Assembly: GCA_035438985.1 (NCBI GenBank)
Contig: DAORJK010000014.1
Location: forward strand, 12,504 to 76,503
Origin: Bacteroidia bacterium
GTDB taxonomy: Bacteria; Bacteroidota; Bacteroidia; UBA4408
Reading direction: 5' to 3'
DNA length: 64,000 nucleotides
The position numbers and the translations under genes are program-made. This document shows positions 20,001 to 27,406 of this stretch, in pieces (the first letter of the stretch is position 1; every line of letters starts with the position of its first letter). Under the pieces are notes generated by a model. It saw nothing but the letters and a program-made list of their open reading frames with translations, ran no database searches and was not told where the DNA came from.

Positions 20001-21416
20001 TTGAGTTATTATTACACTATCCCTTTTAACACAACCCAATATATCGGTAATTTGAACTTTATATGTGCCCGGGCATAAATTAATTTGAGGATTTGTTGAC
20101 CCACCTGGCGTCCACAAGATGGTATAAGAGCCGGCTCCACCTGAAGGGGCAACACTTGCTTGTCCGTTGCAAATTGAATTACAGGTAATATTTGTTTTTG
20201 TGATATTGCTCAACAATGGTGTTGGTTGATTCAGACTGGTGGTAAAACTTTTTGAACAACCCTGATTATCAGTTACAATTACACTCACTGTTCCACCGCA
20301 TAACAAACTATCCGTTTGTCCCGTTTGTCCATTCGCCCATAAATAACTGTAAGGTGGTGTACCTCCTAGTGGATTGGCTTTAACTTTACCATTGCAATCG
20401 CCAAAACATTTAGGTTGCGTTTTAGTGTAACTAGGAATAATGATTGGAGGTGGATCGTTCACTATAACAAACTGATTGAGTACATCGCCATTGTTGATAT
20501 TCGTTACAGTTAAAATGTATGTACCAGCAGGTACATTCGTCATTGGATTGCCAAAGAAATTGCTATTCCCATCGGTAAGTAAATAGGTGTAATTCCCCGG
20601 AGTAGTAGTTATGACAGAATCAACTTCAACAATTGCATTTGAATCGCCATTGCATTTTGGAGGAGTAACTGTTAATCGAATACTATCGATGGAAGTAACG
20701 CCCGGAAGGTTTCCCTTTGAATAATCAAGTAAATTCGCTGAACTGCTTTTAATTTTAAATGTTTGACTTCCTTGCAATGCGGCACTTGATAGCTGAACTA
20801 CGTGAGAATTCCCAAGGTCAAGCGAACCACTTGAATTGGGAGTAATTTTGAATGCATTAGTTTGAATGAATTTATCAGCTGAGAAAAGCTTTCCTGCTTT
20901 AAAGTAAATACTATTAGTAAGTGGTAAAAGTAAATGATCGCTCAAGGTCCAGGTAGTATTTGGGCCATTAAAAATAATATTGCCCTTCATCCATTTTGAA
21001 GCAGAAAAAATGGTTTCATTTCCGGTAATGGATGTAAATTCAATATCGCCTAAAAAATAATTTTCAATAAATTTAGAAAACTGGAAAGAGCCATTAACGC
21101 GTAAAACAGAAGTTGGGGAACCATGAAATTCAGCAAATGGAATATCGGATAAACAGATAAAATTTTTGCAATAAGCGTTGCCAATTATGTTCACTTTTTG
21201 AGCACGCAAAGTGAAAGAATTTTCATCAAAAATAACATTATCAGCCTGCGTTGGAATTTTGTTACATGCTTTTCCTCCGCTTGAATACGACCAATGAATA
21301 GGGTCGTTCCAGTTGCCTGAATTAGAGATCCAAAATAAGTCGGTGGCATGTGTTTTTTTCGAATAAACCATTGAAAAAAACAATATGGTAAGGCAGAGTA
21401 TAACTATTTTTTTCAC
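11070..21416 (-). CDS. sprB: Giant cell-surface protein with about 38 tandem SprB repeats and a type-B T9SS C-terminal sorting domain (SprB-like adhesin)
   Basis: This is an uninterrupted ~3450-codon ORF. The track start at 21422 is a TTG. An in-frame GTG at 21416 gives a clean signal peptide (M)KKIVILCLTILFFSMVYS, whereas the first ATG at 21371 would remove it. About 38 copies of a ~78-aa unit carry the signature GG(T/S)xPY(T/S)(Y/F)xW...NLCAG(T/S)Y.V.VTD.NGC, matching the SprB repeat. The C-terminus ...ITPNGDGKNDVWEIDG...YYYVINL matches the type-B T9SS CTD (TIGR04131). Confidence 0.85.
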   Translation of the reverse strand: MKKIVILCLTILFFSMVYSKKTHATDLFWISNSGNWNDPIHWSYSSGGKACNKIPTQADNVIFDENSFTLRAQKVNIIGNAYCKNFICLSDIPFAEFHGSPTSVLRVNGSFQFSKFIENYFLGDIEFTSITGNETIFSASKWMKGNIIFNGPNTTWTLSDHLLLPLTNSIYFKAGKLFSADKFIQTNAFKITPNSSGSLDLGNSHVVQLSSAALQGSQTFKIKSSSANLLDYSKGNLPGVTSIDSIRLTVTPPKCNGDSNAIVEVDSVITTTPGNYTYLLTDGNSNFFGNPMTNVPAGTYILTVTNINNGDVLNQFVIVNDPPPIIIPSYTKTQPKCFGDCNGKVKANPLGGTPPYSYLWANGQTGQTDSLLCGGTVSVIVTDNQGCSKSFTTSLNQPTPLLSNITKTNITCNSICNGQASVAPSGGAGSYTILWTPGGSTNPQINLCPGTYKVQITDILGCVKRDSVIITQPPALTLNVTKTDASCNAVCDGSITVAASGGKSPYVYSWAAPLSSSATNITNLCAGTYTVFVTDSNNCQIQQSITVNQPNALNVTINATQITCFGLCNGSAVATTTGGTAPYTFSWNTGVLASSVTNLCIGTYTLFVTDAKNCTKQANVTITQPNALVANSTQTNVGCAGSCDGTTNLAPTGGTAPYTFLWTPGNQTTSGLTNLCVGSYAYTIRDFNNCTVSGSVTVSAPLPLTVSTNPTQPTCNGVCDGQATATAAGGNAPYTYSWSNGQLGSTITNLCPGIYTVFASDNKGCTASATVTITQPPLLTISLASTTSSCGICTGTASVTPVGGSSPYTYSWSNGQTSAIATGLCIGNHSVIVTDSKNCTVNTNVTIDPVVIIQITSSATNALCAGACDGSATANASGGQQPYTFLWFPSGATTQTVNGLCAGTDSVRVTDQNGCFSVSSITFNDPPVLNNLVNVTNSDCAGSCNGSAVSIPSGGTPPYTLSWGAAGQTTNAVSGLCAGPQTVTVTDNNGCIKLSNFTVLEPAPILANEVVVQSQCLLNNGSITLAASGGTGPYSYSWGAPLSSSSPSVSNLAAGSYTVTITDNVSCSKEFTITVNDAAGPTASSSITNATCPGSCDGAIATNPPVGIGPFTYLWTPGNSTGTSISNLCAGPYSVRITDANGCKTVLNDTVVEPAPILSNSTIVDAPCGGQCNGSITLAPTGGSGTYTFSWSTGATSSSISNLCVGTYIVKITDSNGCTKFDTLNIAEPAAILLTMNKTNVTCNGLCNGQITGVVSGGTLPYTYAWSNGPTLPSIALLCPATYSLNVTDANGCVVSASAIITEPALLDATPSSTPNSCNASCDGTVDVIVIGGTPPYTYLWSPGNSTTPAVANLCAGTYSVTVTDNNTCTVLKSVTITEPSLITVATSFTAPTCKGACNGTATATPSGGTAPYTYSWSINALSSQSITNLCAGTYTVFVTDLNGCVTSQSVTITEPQQLVANASSVNPTCIATCNGTATAAPIGGSGVYTYSWSPGAQLTQSISAVCAGTITVFVTDSSGCSVSQSLILTDPPAITIVSGATPANCGACDGALAVFPSGGSGGPYTYSWTPTTPLQTGQIASNLCAGLYTVFVSDVNNCQKSFSLALSNNSGPDNDTAVITNATCNALCNGAVTVTVSGGTLPYTYSWLPSGPTGTPSNSNLCAGTYNLQTTDASGCIFVSQVLITEPTAIAANDSTINISCNGQSDGQIFLFPSGGTGNYNYSWNPPIGATSSSVSGLAVGTYNVTITDSNNCSVPFSFSISNPPAISIAQSHVDLTCNGVCNGSAAVVPTGGTAPYRYSWSSSPSDTLANVGNLCAGSYTVTVTDSRNCVNTATIIIQQPAAIVSNLTINQIKCFGQCNGNAVVHPSGGTAPYTFSWIGVSSSIDSVSSMCAGNYAVTITDNTGCFISVPVTITEPGLLNANINSVDISCFGKCDGSATSLTLGGTPPFTYLWSPGNVSTAGLSNLCAGTYVLTVNDSNNCSVTQTAIINEPTVIASNFVTTAPTCNQNNGSIVVIASGGTPGYSYQWSPVSSINDTLSNLAANLYTVTITDSKGCSVNSSVPLSTTAFSANKLSLNVSCFGRCDGIASVSPSGGTAPYTYLWTPGGLSTDSITNLCPGTYFPKITDAQGCVVFETIQIVEPTQVQAITTSTNATCGLCDGTASVSGAGGSGSYTYLWSVNQTSFSVNSLCAGTYSVRVTDNTGCFSVSNVNISNSTGPSSEIIVKTDVTCNGVCNGAATITPIGGLAPYTYFWLQTGATTNSVTGLCSGTYDFEIIDANGCKRVSSVTILEPSPFNSGYTFTNAACGVCDGSITLNPTGGTAPYVYSWNNGQTSATLNSLCAGVYSVAITDSNGCSNLVAIPLNNTNAPTISHTTNNATCFGNCDGGGFIASFGGTPPYSFQWNTGQNSDTVYGLCAGTYFITVNDANNCKSTSSLIINEPTPVVFSISNTTNASCGNCDGTASVLPNGGTLPYTIFWSSGDTGAFAANLCAGLYSVFMKDFSECKAALNINISNTTAPQVTANFTNETCNNLCDGTTNLTVTNGTPPYSYFWLQGGQTTASLTGLCAGTYDYSVTDSLGCTFSSSVTINAATIINYNSNIIQPNCGLSNGSITVNPSGGAGGYTYSWVPGGASTATISNLSAGIYTLHMTDAGQCTYTQQFTVNNSNGPGVSVSFTDAHCNSACDGTATAIVSGTNSPFTYSWTPGGQITSAVSGLCAGQYSVTVTDNAGCKTINTVNISEPPPILFSISNTVNASCGSCNGSATIIPSGGVLPNSVLWSNGDVGLFADSLCAGVYMVSVTDIAGCSQNKNVSISNSTGPLVSVAKTDETCAGSCNGTATISVLSGNGPYTYFWLHNGSTSTSLTGLCAGSYNYQVKDTNGCVTTGSVTISAAVTVSVSFTKTNPDCGQCNGTLALTVTGGQLPYTYAWSPANPANAIISNLCPGIYVATITDANGCAQIDTTTLANSTGPAITYTATNSTCASSCNGSITAVASGVNPGYTYSWTPGNQTTPALTNLCAGNYIVEATDNLGCKGFQQIAISEPSPIVLSLSQINNVLCFGDSTGSISVIPSGGTIPYSYLWSTGDTTATISNIPNGNLFVTISDANGCDTISPTLVINTPLQISATSTTTSAQCSNTPDGSIDLSPSGGVPPYSFLWDDVNASTTEDLNGVIPGIYHVSITDANGCNYLYSDTVNALIVVQASAGPDDTLCFTNSITLVGNGGTTYKWFKYPSLTLLDNTAAVVVSPVVGANDYLLVAYNGLCSDSDIVSIYVNALPDVDLGPDQTVIVGTPVQLIATGGANGATYSWSPILDLTDTASVSTIATPKVTTTYIVKVTNPNGCFSSDSITINVLPTIFVNNGITPNGDGKNDVWEIDGIEAYTNCEVEVYNRWGEKLFSSPGYTEKWDGKYKGKDLPVGTYYYVINLHDEANPENITGPITIMR
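11700..20430 (-). repeat. Protein-level tandem array of about 38 SprB repeats (about 234-nt period) inside the giant ORF; copies are diverged at DNA level
   Basis: The Cys-containing ~78-aa unit recurs through residues ~330-3250 of the 11070-21416 protein. No long identical DNA runs were seen between copies. The many short antisense ORFs in the track are by-products of this periodic composition. Confidence 0.7.
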
Positions 21417-21656
21417 AGACAAAGAATTGTAGTTAGACGAAAATATCTAAAAATAAGCTGATAAAAACCTTGAATAAAGATAGTTATAAACAGTACATGT
21501 TTTAAAAGTATTCGACAAATAACAATTGCTCCGCTTCACCTGATTAGAGAGCGTATTGAATGGAAATAAATTAGATGTGAAAGAGAAATTTTGCTACTTG
21601 TACCAGCAGCTTTAATTTTTATTTAGAATTTAGTGTAAAGTAAAAAGGTATAAAAT

Positions 21657-22745
21657 TTATACAAATTTATCTCCCTTTATACTTTTTACATCATTCACAA
21701 ATTGTCTTATTTGCTGCTCTTCTGATTTTTTACAAACCAATAATACATCATCCGACTCAACAACAATATAATCAGCAAGGCCCTCAAGTACAACCAATTT
21801 GTTTTTGGGTACATGTACAATGCAATTTTTAGAATTGTACATCAGTACATTTTTCCCAACAATGGCATTTCCCTTTTCTTCCTTGTCCATGTGTTGATAC
21901 AATGAACCCCATGTACCTAAATCGCTCCATCCAATGGCAGAAGAGCGTACATATACATTGTCAGCTTTCTCCATGATCCCATAATCAATCGAAATATTTT
22001 TGCACAAAGGGTAAGTTTGCTTAATAAATTCGGCCTCTTCGGGAGTATTTAACTTGGTGACTCCGTCTTTAAAAAGTGTATACATTTCAATCATGTGTTT
22101 CTCAAAAGCGCGTAACACACTTTTTGCTGTCCAAATAAAAATACCTGCATTCCAAAGAAAGTCGCCACTTTGACGAAAAAACTTTGCCATTTCAAGATCC
22201 GGCTTCTCGGTAAAGGTTTTTACCTTTTTCATACGTGCATCAGATTCTTTTGCCTCACTTTGCTTAAACTGTATGTATCCGTATCCGGTATCGGGTCGGG
22301 TTGGTTTAATACCAAGTGTTACTAAACAATCTTCGCTTGACGCTTTTTTAAAGCACGATTGAATTGCTTTTACAAATGTTTGTTCCTTTAAAATTAGGTG
22401 ATCACTCGGAGCAACTACTATGTTCGCTTCCGGATTTATTTTAGCTATTTTAAAGCTAGCATAGGCAATGCAGGGTGCCGTATTTCTTCGCGCAGGTTCC
22501 AACAATACTCTGTCATCGGCAATATCTTTAATTTGATGATGAACTAAGTCCTTATAAATTTCATTGGTAACAATAAAAATATTTTCCTTTGGACAAAGTT
22601 TTAAAAAGCGGCGATACGTTTGTTGTAGCAAAGTTTCACCTGTTCCTAAAATATCAATAAATTGTTTAGGATGATTGGTACGACTCATGGGCCAAAAACG
22701 ACTACCAATTCCGCCGGCCATTATCACACAATAATTATTTTTCAT
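21657..22745 (-). CDS. manC: Mannose-1-phosphate guanylyltransferase (GDP-mannose pyrophosphorylase)
   Basis: The track start at 22769 is a TTG. The ATG at 22745 gives MKNNYCVIMAGGIGSRFWPMSRTNHPKQF, the NTP-transferase G-rich loop. A C-terminal left-handed beta-helix region is present. About 362 aa. Confidence 0.82.
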   Translation of the reverse strand: MKNNYCVIMAGGIGSRFWPMSRTNHPKQFIDILGTGETLLQQTYRRFLKLCPKENIFIVTNEIYKDLVHHQIKDIADDRVLLEPARRNTAPCIAYASFKIAKINPEANIVVAPSDHLILKEQTFVKAIQSCFKKASSEDCLVTLGIKPTRPDTGYGYIQFKQSEAKESDARMKKVKTFTEKPDLEMAKFFRQSGDFLWNAGIFIWTAKSVLRAFEKHMIEMYTLFKDGVTKLNTPEEAEFIKQTYPLCKNISIDYGIMEKADNVYVRSSAIGWSDLGTWGSLYQHMDKEEKGNAIVGKNVLMYNSKNCIVHVPKNKLVVLEGLADYIVVESDDVLLVCKKSEEQQIRQFVNDVKSIKGDKFV

Positions 22746-22910
22746 ATAAAATTCGCGTTTTACACTCAATTTTGTAGCTTGCTAGAGATGAATTTTAACA
22801 AGGGCATTTTTTTAAATAGGGGTATTGAAATTTTGATAGGTATTGAGAATCCTTACTTTTTAAAGGAAAGCAAAGTAGGTAAACCTCATTCAAAAAAAAC
22901 AATGTTCTCA

Positions 22911-24194
22911 TTATTGAAGGGAAGATAAAGCATTGTTTAGATTTGCAATAATTCCTTCAGTATCCTTAAGAGTACAGGTTCCTACAGAAATACGGTACCA
23001 GGTAGACTCAGGCGAAGCTCCAAAAGCAGAAAAAGGAACGATTCCAATTTTTGCTTCTTCCAATAAAAACCGTGTTATGTCGACCGTGTTTTTAATTTGT
23101 TCACCATTATTCCTACGTTTCCCTTTTAAATCAAACTGCACAGTTAAATACAAAGCAGCTTGCGGCGCAATGGAATCAATTGGAGCGCCTTGTTTTTTTA
23201 ATTCTTGAATACCCGCATGAATAGCACTCAATCGATTAAAAATCTCTGCCTTAATGTGATTTAAATAACTTTCAACATCGTTTGTGTTATTCATAAATTT
23301 CGCAGAAGCAATTTGTTCTGCACGAGGTGCCCAAGCTCCCACATGCCCAAGAATAGCTTTCATTTTATCAATGATTCGTTGTGGTCCAAAACCCCATCCT
23401 ACACGAATTCCTGTAGCAGCAAATGATTTCGATAAGCCATCCACAAAAATCGTGTACTCGCGCATTTCAGGACAAAGAGAAACCGGATTATAATGCACCG
23501 TATCACCAAAAGTAAGGGTCCAGTAAATTTGGTCATACATCAAATAAAGCGGTTTTTCGTTGTCGCCTCTTCTGCGGTTTTCGGCTAAAATTAATTCACA
23601 AATTTCGGTGAGTCCCTCTTTTGAAAATGTAGTACCTGTGGGATTTAAAGGAGAACAAAGCGCGAGCAAATTAGCTTTTGAAATATGCGGTTTTAACTCT
23701 GCCGCAGTTGGCATAAAATTATTTTCAGCTTTTGTTTCTACCAACAATTGCTTAGCTGAAGAAAGATGCGTGTAGTGATTGTTATTCCACGAAGGTACCG
23801 GAAACAGGATGGTATCACCTGCATCAATTAATGCACAAAAAAGGGAGTAAATTAAGGGTCGTGCACCTCCTGCTATAAGTATTTCGGATGCAGCATAATC
23901 CAAGCCGCATTTAGATTGTAAAAAAGAAGCTACTGTTTGCCTTAAAGCCGGTATCCCGTCGGCAGGAGGATAGTTGGTTTCGTTATTGGTATATGCTTCA
24001 ACTATGGCACTTTTTAATCCTTCGGGTATTGGAAAATACGCAGGATTAAAATCGCCAATTGTTAGGTTATAAATTTTTTCACCACTTTTAATTTTTTCAT
24101 TGATTTCACCGGCCAACTTAATAATTTCAGAGCCGATTAGATTTTCGGCCATCTGTGAAACTTTGAGTTTTTTGATGGTACTTATACTTGTCAT
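22911..24194 (-). CDS. Pyridoxal-phosphate-dependent aminotransferase, class I/II (aspartate/aromatic aminotransferase family)
   Basis: The PLP-lysine region GLSKSFAATGIRVGWG is present, with fold-type I aminotransferase layout. The track start at 24212 is a TTG. The ATG at 24194 (MTSIS...) is the nearest ATG, though a later M (MAENL) is also possible. Confidence 0.75.
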   Translation of the reverse strand: MTSISTIKKLKVSQMAENLIGSEIIKLAGEINEKIKSGEKIYNLTIGDFNPAYFPIPEGLKSAIVEAYTNNETNYPPADGIPALRQTVASFLQSKCGLDYAASEILIAGGARPLIYSLFCALIDAGDTILFPVPSWNNNHYTHLSSAKQLLVETKAENNFMPTAAELKPHISKANLLALCSPLNPTGTTFSKEGLTEICELILAENRRRGDNEKPLYLMYDQIYWTLTFGDTVHYNPVSLCPEMREYTIFVDGLSKSFAATGIRVGWGFGPQRIIDKMKAILGHVGAWAPRAEQIASAKFMNNTNDVESYLNHIKAEIFNRLSAIHAGIQELKKQGAPIDSIAPQAALYLTVQFDLKGKRRNNGEQIKNTVDITRFLLEEAKIGIVPFSAFGASPESTWYRISVGTCTLKDTEGIIANLNNALSSLQ

Positions 24195-24223
24195 CGTTTT
24201 ATTTTTTTGCAAAGTTAGATTAA

Positions 24224-24889
24224 TTATTTCTTATCAGTATTGCTGGCTAAAGTTTGGTTAACAGGCACGACTTCAGCTAGTGGGCTAAATAAATAGACAC
24301 GTTTAGATCCCAGTTCAACACATTTGAATCTTTTTCGACCTCGTTCACCCTTTACAAAAAAGCGGTTCTTACCGTATCGAAAAGTCGTACCTATTGCCAA
24401 TTCTTCGATATGCACCCATGATTTACGACGAGTATCATGCCTTCGCAATACCCGCAATAAATTTTCATCGGCACAACTTGACGCTGCAGGGTTATGCATG
24501 TACTTGATTAATGCATTCATTACATCTTCCGGAAAAATGTGCTCATTTAAGTAATAGCGCATTAGATTTTTATACTCTTGCTTCCATTCTTCACCGTGCG
24601 GTAAAACACGTTTATGCCGGCTACGTTGATATTTTTCGAAGGTAGTTAAATGCGCTATTTCATGAACCAGTGTAATTAAAAAAGCATACTTATTCAGGTT
24701 GTGATTGATTGTTATCAAATGCCTGCTATTATTGATGGGCGGTCGATAATCGCCCAATTTTGAAGCACGGTTTTCAGTAATTTTAAGGTTAAAATTGAAG
24801 TGCAAAATCCAATCTGCCATTGTATCAACAGCCGGTTCGGGGAGATAATTCAGTAGAATTTCTTTGTATTTGCTTTTGGGATCTGTCAA
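24224..24889 (-). CDS. SprT-like zinc metallopeptidase-domain protein
   Basis: 221 aa. The HExxH motif LVHEIAHL sits in a SprT-like context, and the C-terminal basic region has a Cys/His cluster. No signal peptide. Confidence 0.55.
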   Translation of the reverse strand: MTDPKSKYKEILLNYLPEPAVDTMADWILHFNFNLKITENRASKLGDYRPPINNSRHLITINHNLNKYAFLITLVHEIAHLTTFEKYQRSRHKRVLPHGEEWKQEYKNLMRYYLNEHIFPEDVMNALIKYMHNPAASSCADENLLRVLRRHDTRRKSWVHIEELAIGTTFRYGKNRFFVKGERGRKRFKCVELGSKRVYLFSPLAEVVPVNQTLASNTDKK

Positions 24890-24934
24890 GATAAATAATC
24901 CAATAAGGGTTCGAAAGTTAAATAAATTTACGCT

Positions 24935-27073
24935 CTACTTTAACCACCAATACACCAAAAAGCTACTGAGGTATGCCAAAACTCCCATGTAAACAAATTG
25001 AATTAATGGCCATTTCCAGTGCTTGGTTTCTCGGTATACCACAGCAATTGTACTCATGCACTGCATGGCAAAGGCATAAAACAACATAAGCGAAAAACCA
25101 ACGGCAGGTGTGAAAACTTTTTGTCCGGTTTTTGGATTAATTTCAGCCAGCATTTTTTCGCGTATCGATTTGGTATTTTCTGCATCATTTACACTGTATA
25201 TTGTGCTCATGGTTCCTACAAATACTTCACGTGCAGCAAGAGAGGTTACCAATGAAATTCCAATTTTCCAATCGAATCCAAGTGGAGCAATAGCAGGCTC
25301 AATTTTTTTTCCGATTAATCCTGCGTAACTCGACTCCAGCTTTTCACTCGCCACAAATGCAGCAATTTCAGCGTTGGTTAAGCGTGATTTATACTCAGCC
25401 TGCTCATACTTTTTTTCAATTTCTATAAAGCTATTACCCGGTCCATAGGACGATAAAACCCAGAGAATTACACTAATTGCTACAATTACTTTTCCTGCGT
25501 CTACTAAAAATACTTTTACCTTTTCAACCATAGTGAAACCTACATTTTTCCAACGTGGCATTCGATACACAGGTAATTCCATAATAAAGTAACTTTTCTC
25601 TTTGGAGCGTAAAATCACACGCATTACCCAAGCCGAAAAAATGGCTGCTAAAAAGCCAATTAAATAGAGTGCCATGAGCACCAATCCTTGAACATTGAAA
25701 AAATAGTAGCGTGCATCTTCCGGAACAACCAGTGAAATCAATAAAGTATAAACCGGTAATCGAGCTGAACAACTCATTAAAGGAGTAACCATAATGGTAA
25801 TCATTCGTTCCTTCCAATTACCAATATTGCGGGCACTCATAATAGCCGGAACAGCACAAGCTACACCGCTTATCAAGGGTATTACTGATTTTCCATTGAG
25901 TCCAAATTTGCGCATTAGTTTATCCATGATGAAACTAACACGGCTCATATAACCGGTATCTTCTAAAATAGCGATAAACGCAAAAAGCAAGGCAATTTGA
26001 GGGATAAAAACTGCGACCCCACTAAGTCCTGCAATAATCCCATTAACGATTAAATCGGTAAACATGCCCGGTGGTAAGTGATTTTGTGTAAACGCAGATA
26101 ATTGCAAAAACAACTGCTCAATCACTTCCATAGGAATCGCTGCAAACGTAAAAATGGATTGAAAAATTAAAAATAGTACCACTAAAAAAATCAAATAACC
26201 CCAAATGCGATGAGTTAAAAGTTTATCTAATTTTTTTGTACGCAGGTTAGTGGTTTTGCTTTCTCCTTCCTTCACTACCTTTTCCATTATTTCAGCGATT
26301 ACTTTGTAACGTTCAATTGACTCAAGTGCTTGTAACTTTTTTGCGTCAAATTGATGGTGGTCAAGTAAACGTTGCAGTGCAGCTTTTTTATCAGAATTTA
26401 AATTTACAAGCGAAATAATATTCAAATTATTCGCAAGAATAAACGCTGAGAAATCGCAATTTACATTCACGATTTTTTTAATCTCTTCAATCGTTTCAGG
26501 AGCAATTTTATTAATCTGAAGCAAATCGGTTTTTGAATGTTGGGTGGTTTTTGCGATCGCAACTTTCAATTCGTCAATGCCTTCGCCTTTTCGCGCATTT
26601 AGCTTAATTACAGGTACACCCAGCGCTTTGCTCAAACGTGAAGCATCTATTTGAATGCGGTGCTTTTCTGCCAAGTCCATCATGTTCAATGCCAGCACAA
26701 CCGGCATTTTCAAATCAATAATCTGCGAACAGAGAAACAAACTTCGTTTTAAATTTGTAGCATCTGCTACTATCACCGTAAGGTCGGGAAAATGCTCATT
26801 TTCGGGATCGCACAAGGCTTGAAACGCTACCTCCTCATCAATGGATTTTGGATACAAACTATAGGTACCCGGTAAATCTATAAGTGTTGCTTTGATTTTT
26901 CCATTGGGAGTGTCAAGTAGCAACTCTCCCATTTTTTTATCGACTGTTACTCCTGGGAAATTTCCAATTTTTTGATTTAATCCGGTCAATGAGTTAAACA
27001 GGGTAGACTTCCCGCTATTGGGATTGCCAACTAATGCAACATGCAATTGATTTTGAGTACTGTTTTTCGACAC
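24935..27073 (-). CDS. feoB: Ferrous iron transport protein B
   Basis: 712 aa. N-terminal G-protein domain with G1 motif LVGNPNSGKST and DxxG, followed by a polytopic membrane domain with the gate motifs typical of FeoB. Confidence 0.9.
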   Translation of the reverse strand: MSKNSTQNQLHVALVGNPNSGKSTLFNSLTGLNQKIGNFPGVTVDKKMGELLLDTPNGKIKATLIDLPGTYSLYPKSIDEEVAFQALCDPENEHFPDLTVIVADATNLKRSLFLCSQIIDLKMPVVLALNMMDLAEKHRIQIDASRLSKALGVPVIKLNARKGEGIDELKVAIAKTTQHSKTDLLQINKIAPETIEEIKKIVNVNCDFSAFILANNLNIISLVNLNSDKKAALQRLLDHHQFDAKKLQALESIERYKVIAEIMEKVVKEGESKTTNLRTKKLDKLLTHRIWGYLIFLVVLFLIFQSIFTFAAIPMEVIEQLFLQLSAFTQNHLPPGMFTDLIVNGIIAGLSGVAVFIPQIALLFAFIAILEDTGYMSRVSFIMDKLMRKFGLNGKSVIPLISGVACAVPAIMSARNIGNWKERMITIMVTPLMSCSARLPVYTLLISLVVPEDARYYFFNVQGLVLMALYLIGFLAAIFSAWVMRVILRSKEKSYFIMELPVYRMPRWKNVGFTMVEKVKVFLVDAGKVIVAISVILWVLSSYGPGNSFIEIEKKYEQAEYKSRLTNAEIAAFVASEKLESSYAGLIGKKIEPAIAPLGFDWKIGISLVTSLAAREVFVGTMSTIYSVNDAENTKSIREKMLAEINPKTGQKVFTPAVGFSLMLFYAFAMQCMSTIAVVYRETKHWKWPLIQFVYMGVLAYLSSFLVYWWLK

Positions 27074-27125
27074 CGGTAGTTAGCTTTTCACTTGCATTAA
27101 ACAATTTCTTCCCTTACACAATAAT

Positions 27126-27371
27126 TCATTTGTTTTGCGATGCATTCAACCTTTTAATTACTACCGTAGCAGCTTCTGATTTACGCATACTTAGTAAATA
27201 ACCCGCTACCGAAATAGCAATTGGATCGCCAAATGGAGCTACCCGCTCAAGCGTAATTATTTCTCCCGGAATGCAACCCATTTCTAAAAACTTGAGCGAC
27301 ATTTCTAAATCGGTAAACGATAAAATACGGGCCGATTCTCCTTCGGTTAATTCGGCTAAATTCTCTACCAT
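27126..27371 (-). CDS. feoA: FeoA family protein
   Basis: 81-aa SH3-like small protein immediately upstream of feoB and co-directional with it. ATG at 27371. Confidence 0.75.
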   Translation of the reverse strand: MVENLAELTEGESARILSFTDLEMSLKFLEMGCIPGEIITLERVAPFGDPIAISVAGYLLSMRKSEAATVVIKRLNASQNK

Positions 27372-27387
27372 TACTAAGCTTTATCTT

Positions 27388-27406
27388 ATTTAGAATTGTT
27401 CTAAAT
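27388..27406. promoter_or_regulatory. 19-bp near-palindrome ATTTAGAA-TTG-TTCTAAAT, 17-35 nt upstream of the feoA start; candidate metal-regulator (Fur-like) operator
   Basis: Exact 7-bp inverted arms TTTAGAA / TTCTAAA with a 3-bp spacer, seen directly in the sequence. Length and AT-rich dyad symmetry resemble a Fur box. Position is consistent with an operator overlapping the transcription start of an iron-uptake operon. No Bacteroidota Fur consensus was available to compare against. Confidence 0.3.

Noticed and set aside
11700-20430. Regular ~234-nt periodicity that could be mistaken for a CRISPR array or satellite
   Set aside because: The period is protein-level (SprB repeats) within an open reading frame, and copies are diverged in DNA. 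There are no short identical direct repeats separated by unique spacers, and no cas genes.
11070-21422. Many 60-150-aa ORFs on the opposite strand or in other frames inside the giant adhesin gene (for example 13004-13453, 13792-14172, 17860-18081, 19420-19803)
   Set aside because: They sit wholly inside a long, motif-rich ORF whose repeat codon composition suppresses stops in other frames. None has a signal, motif or plausible start context, so they are treated as artefacts.
22746-22769. Track start of manC at 22769 (MSVKREFY...)
   Set aside because: It is a TTG codon. The ATG at 22745 places the nucleotidyltransferase G-rich loop at the expected distance from the N-terminus.
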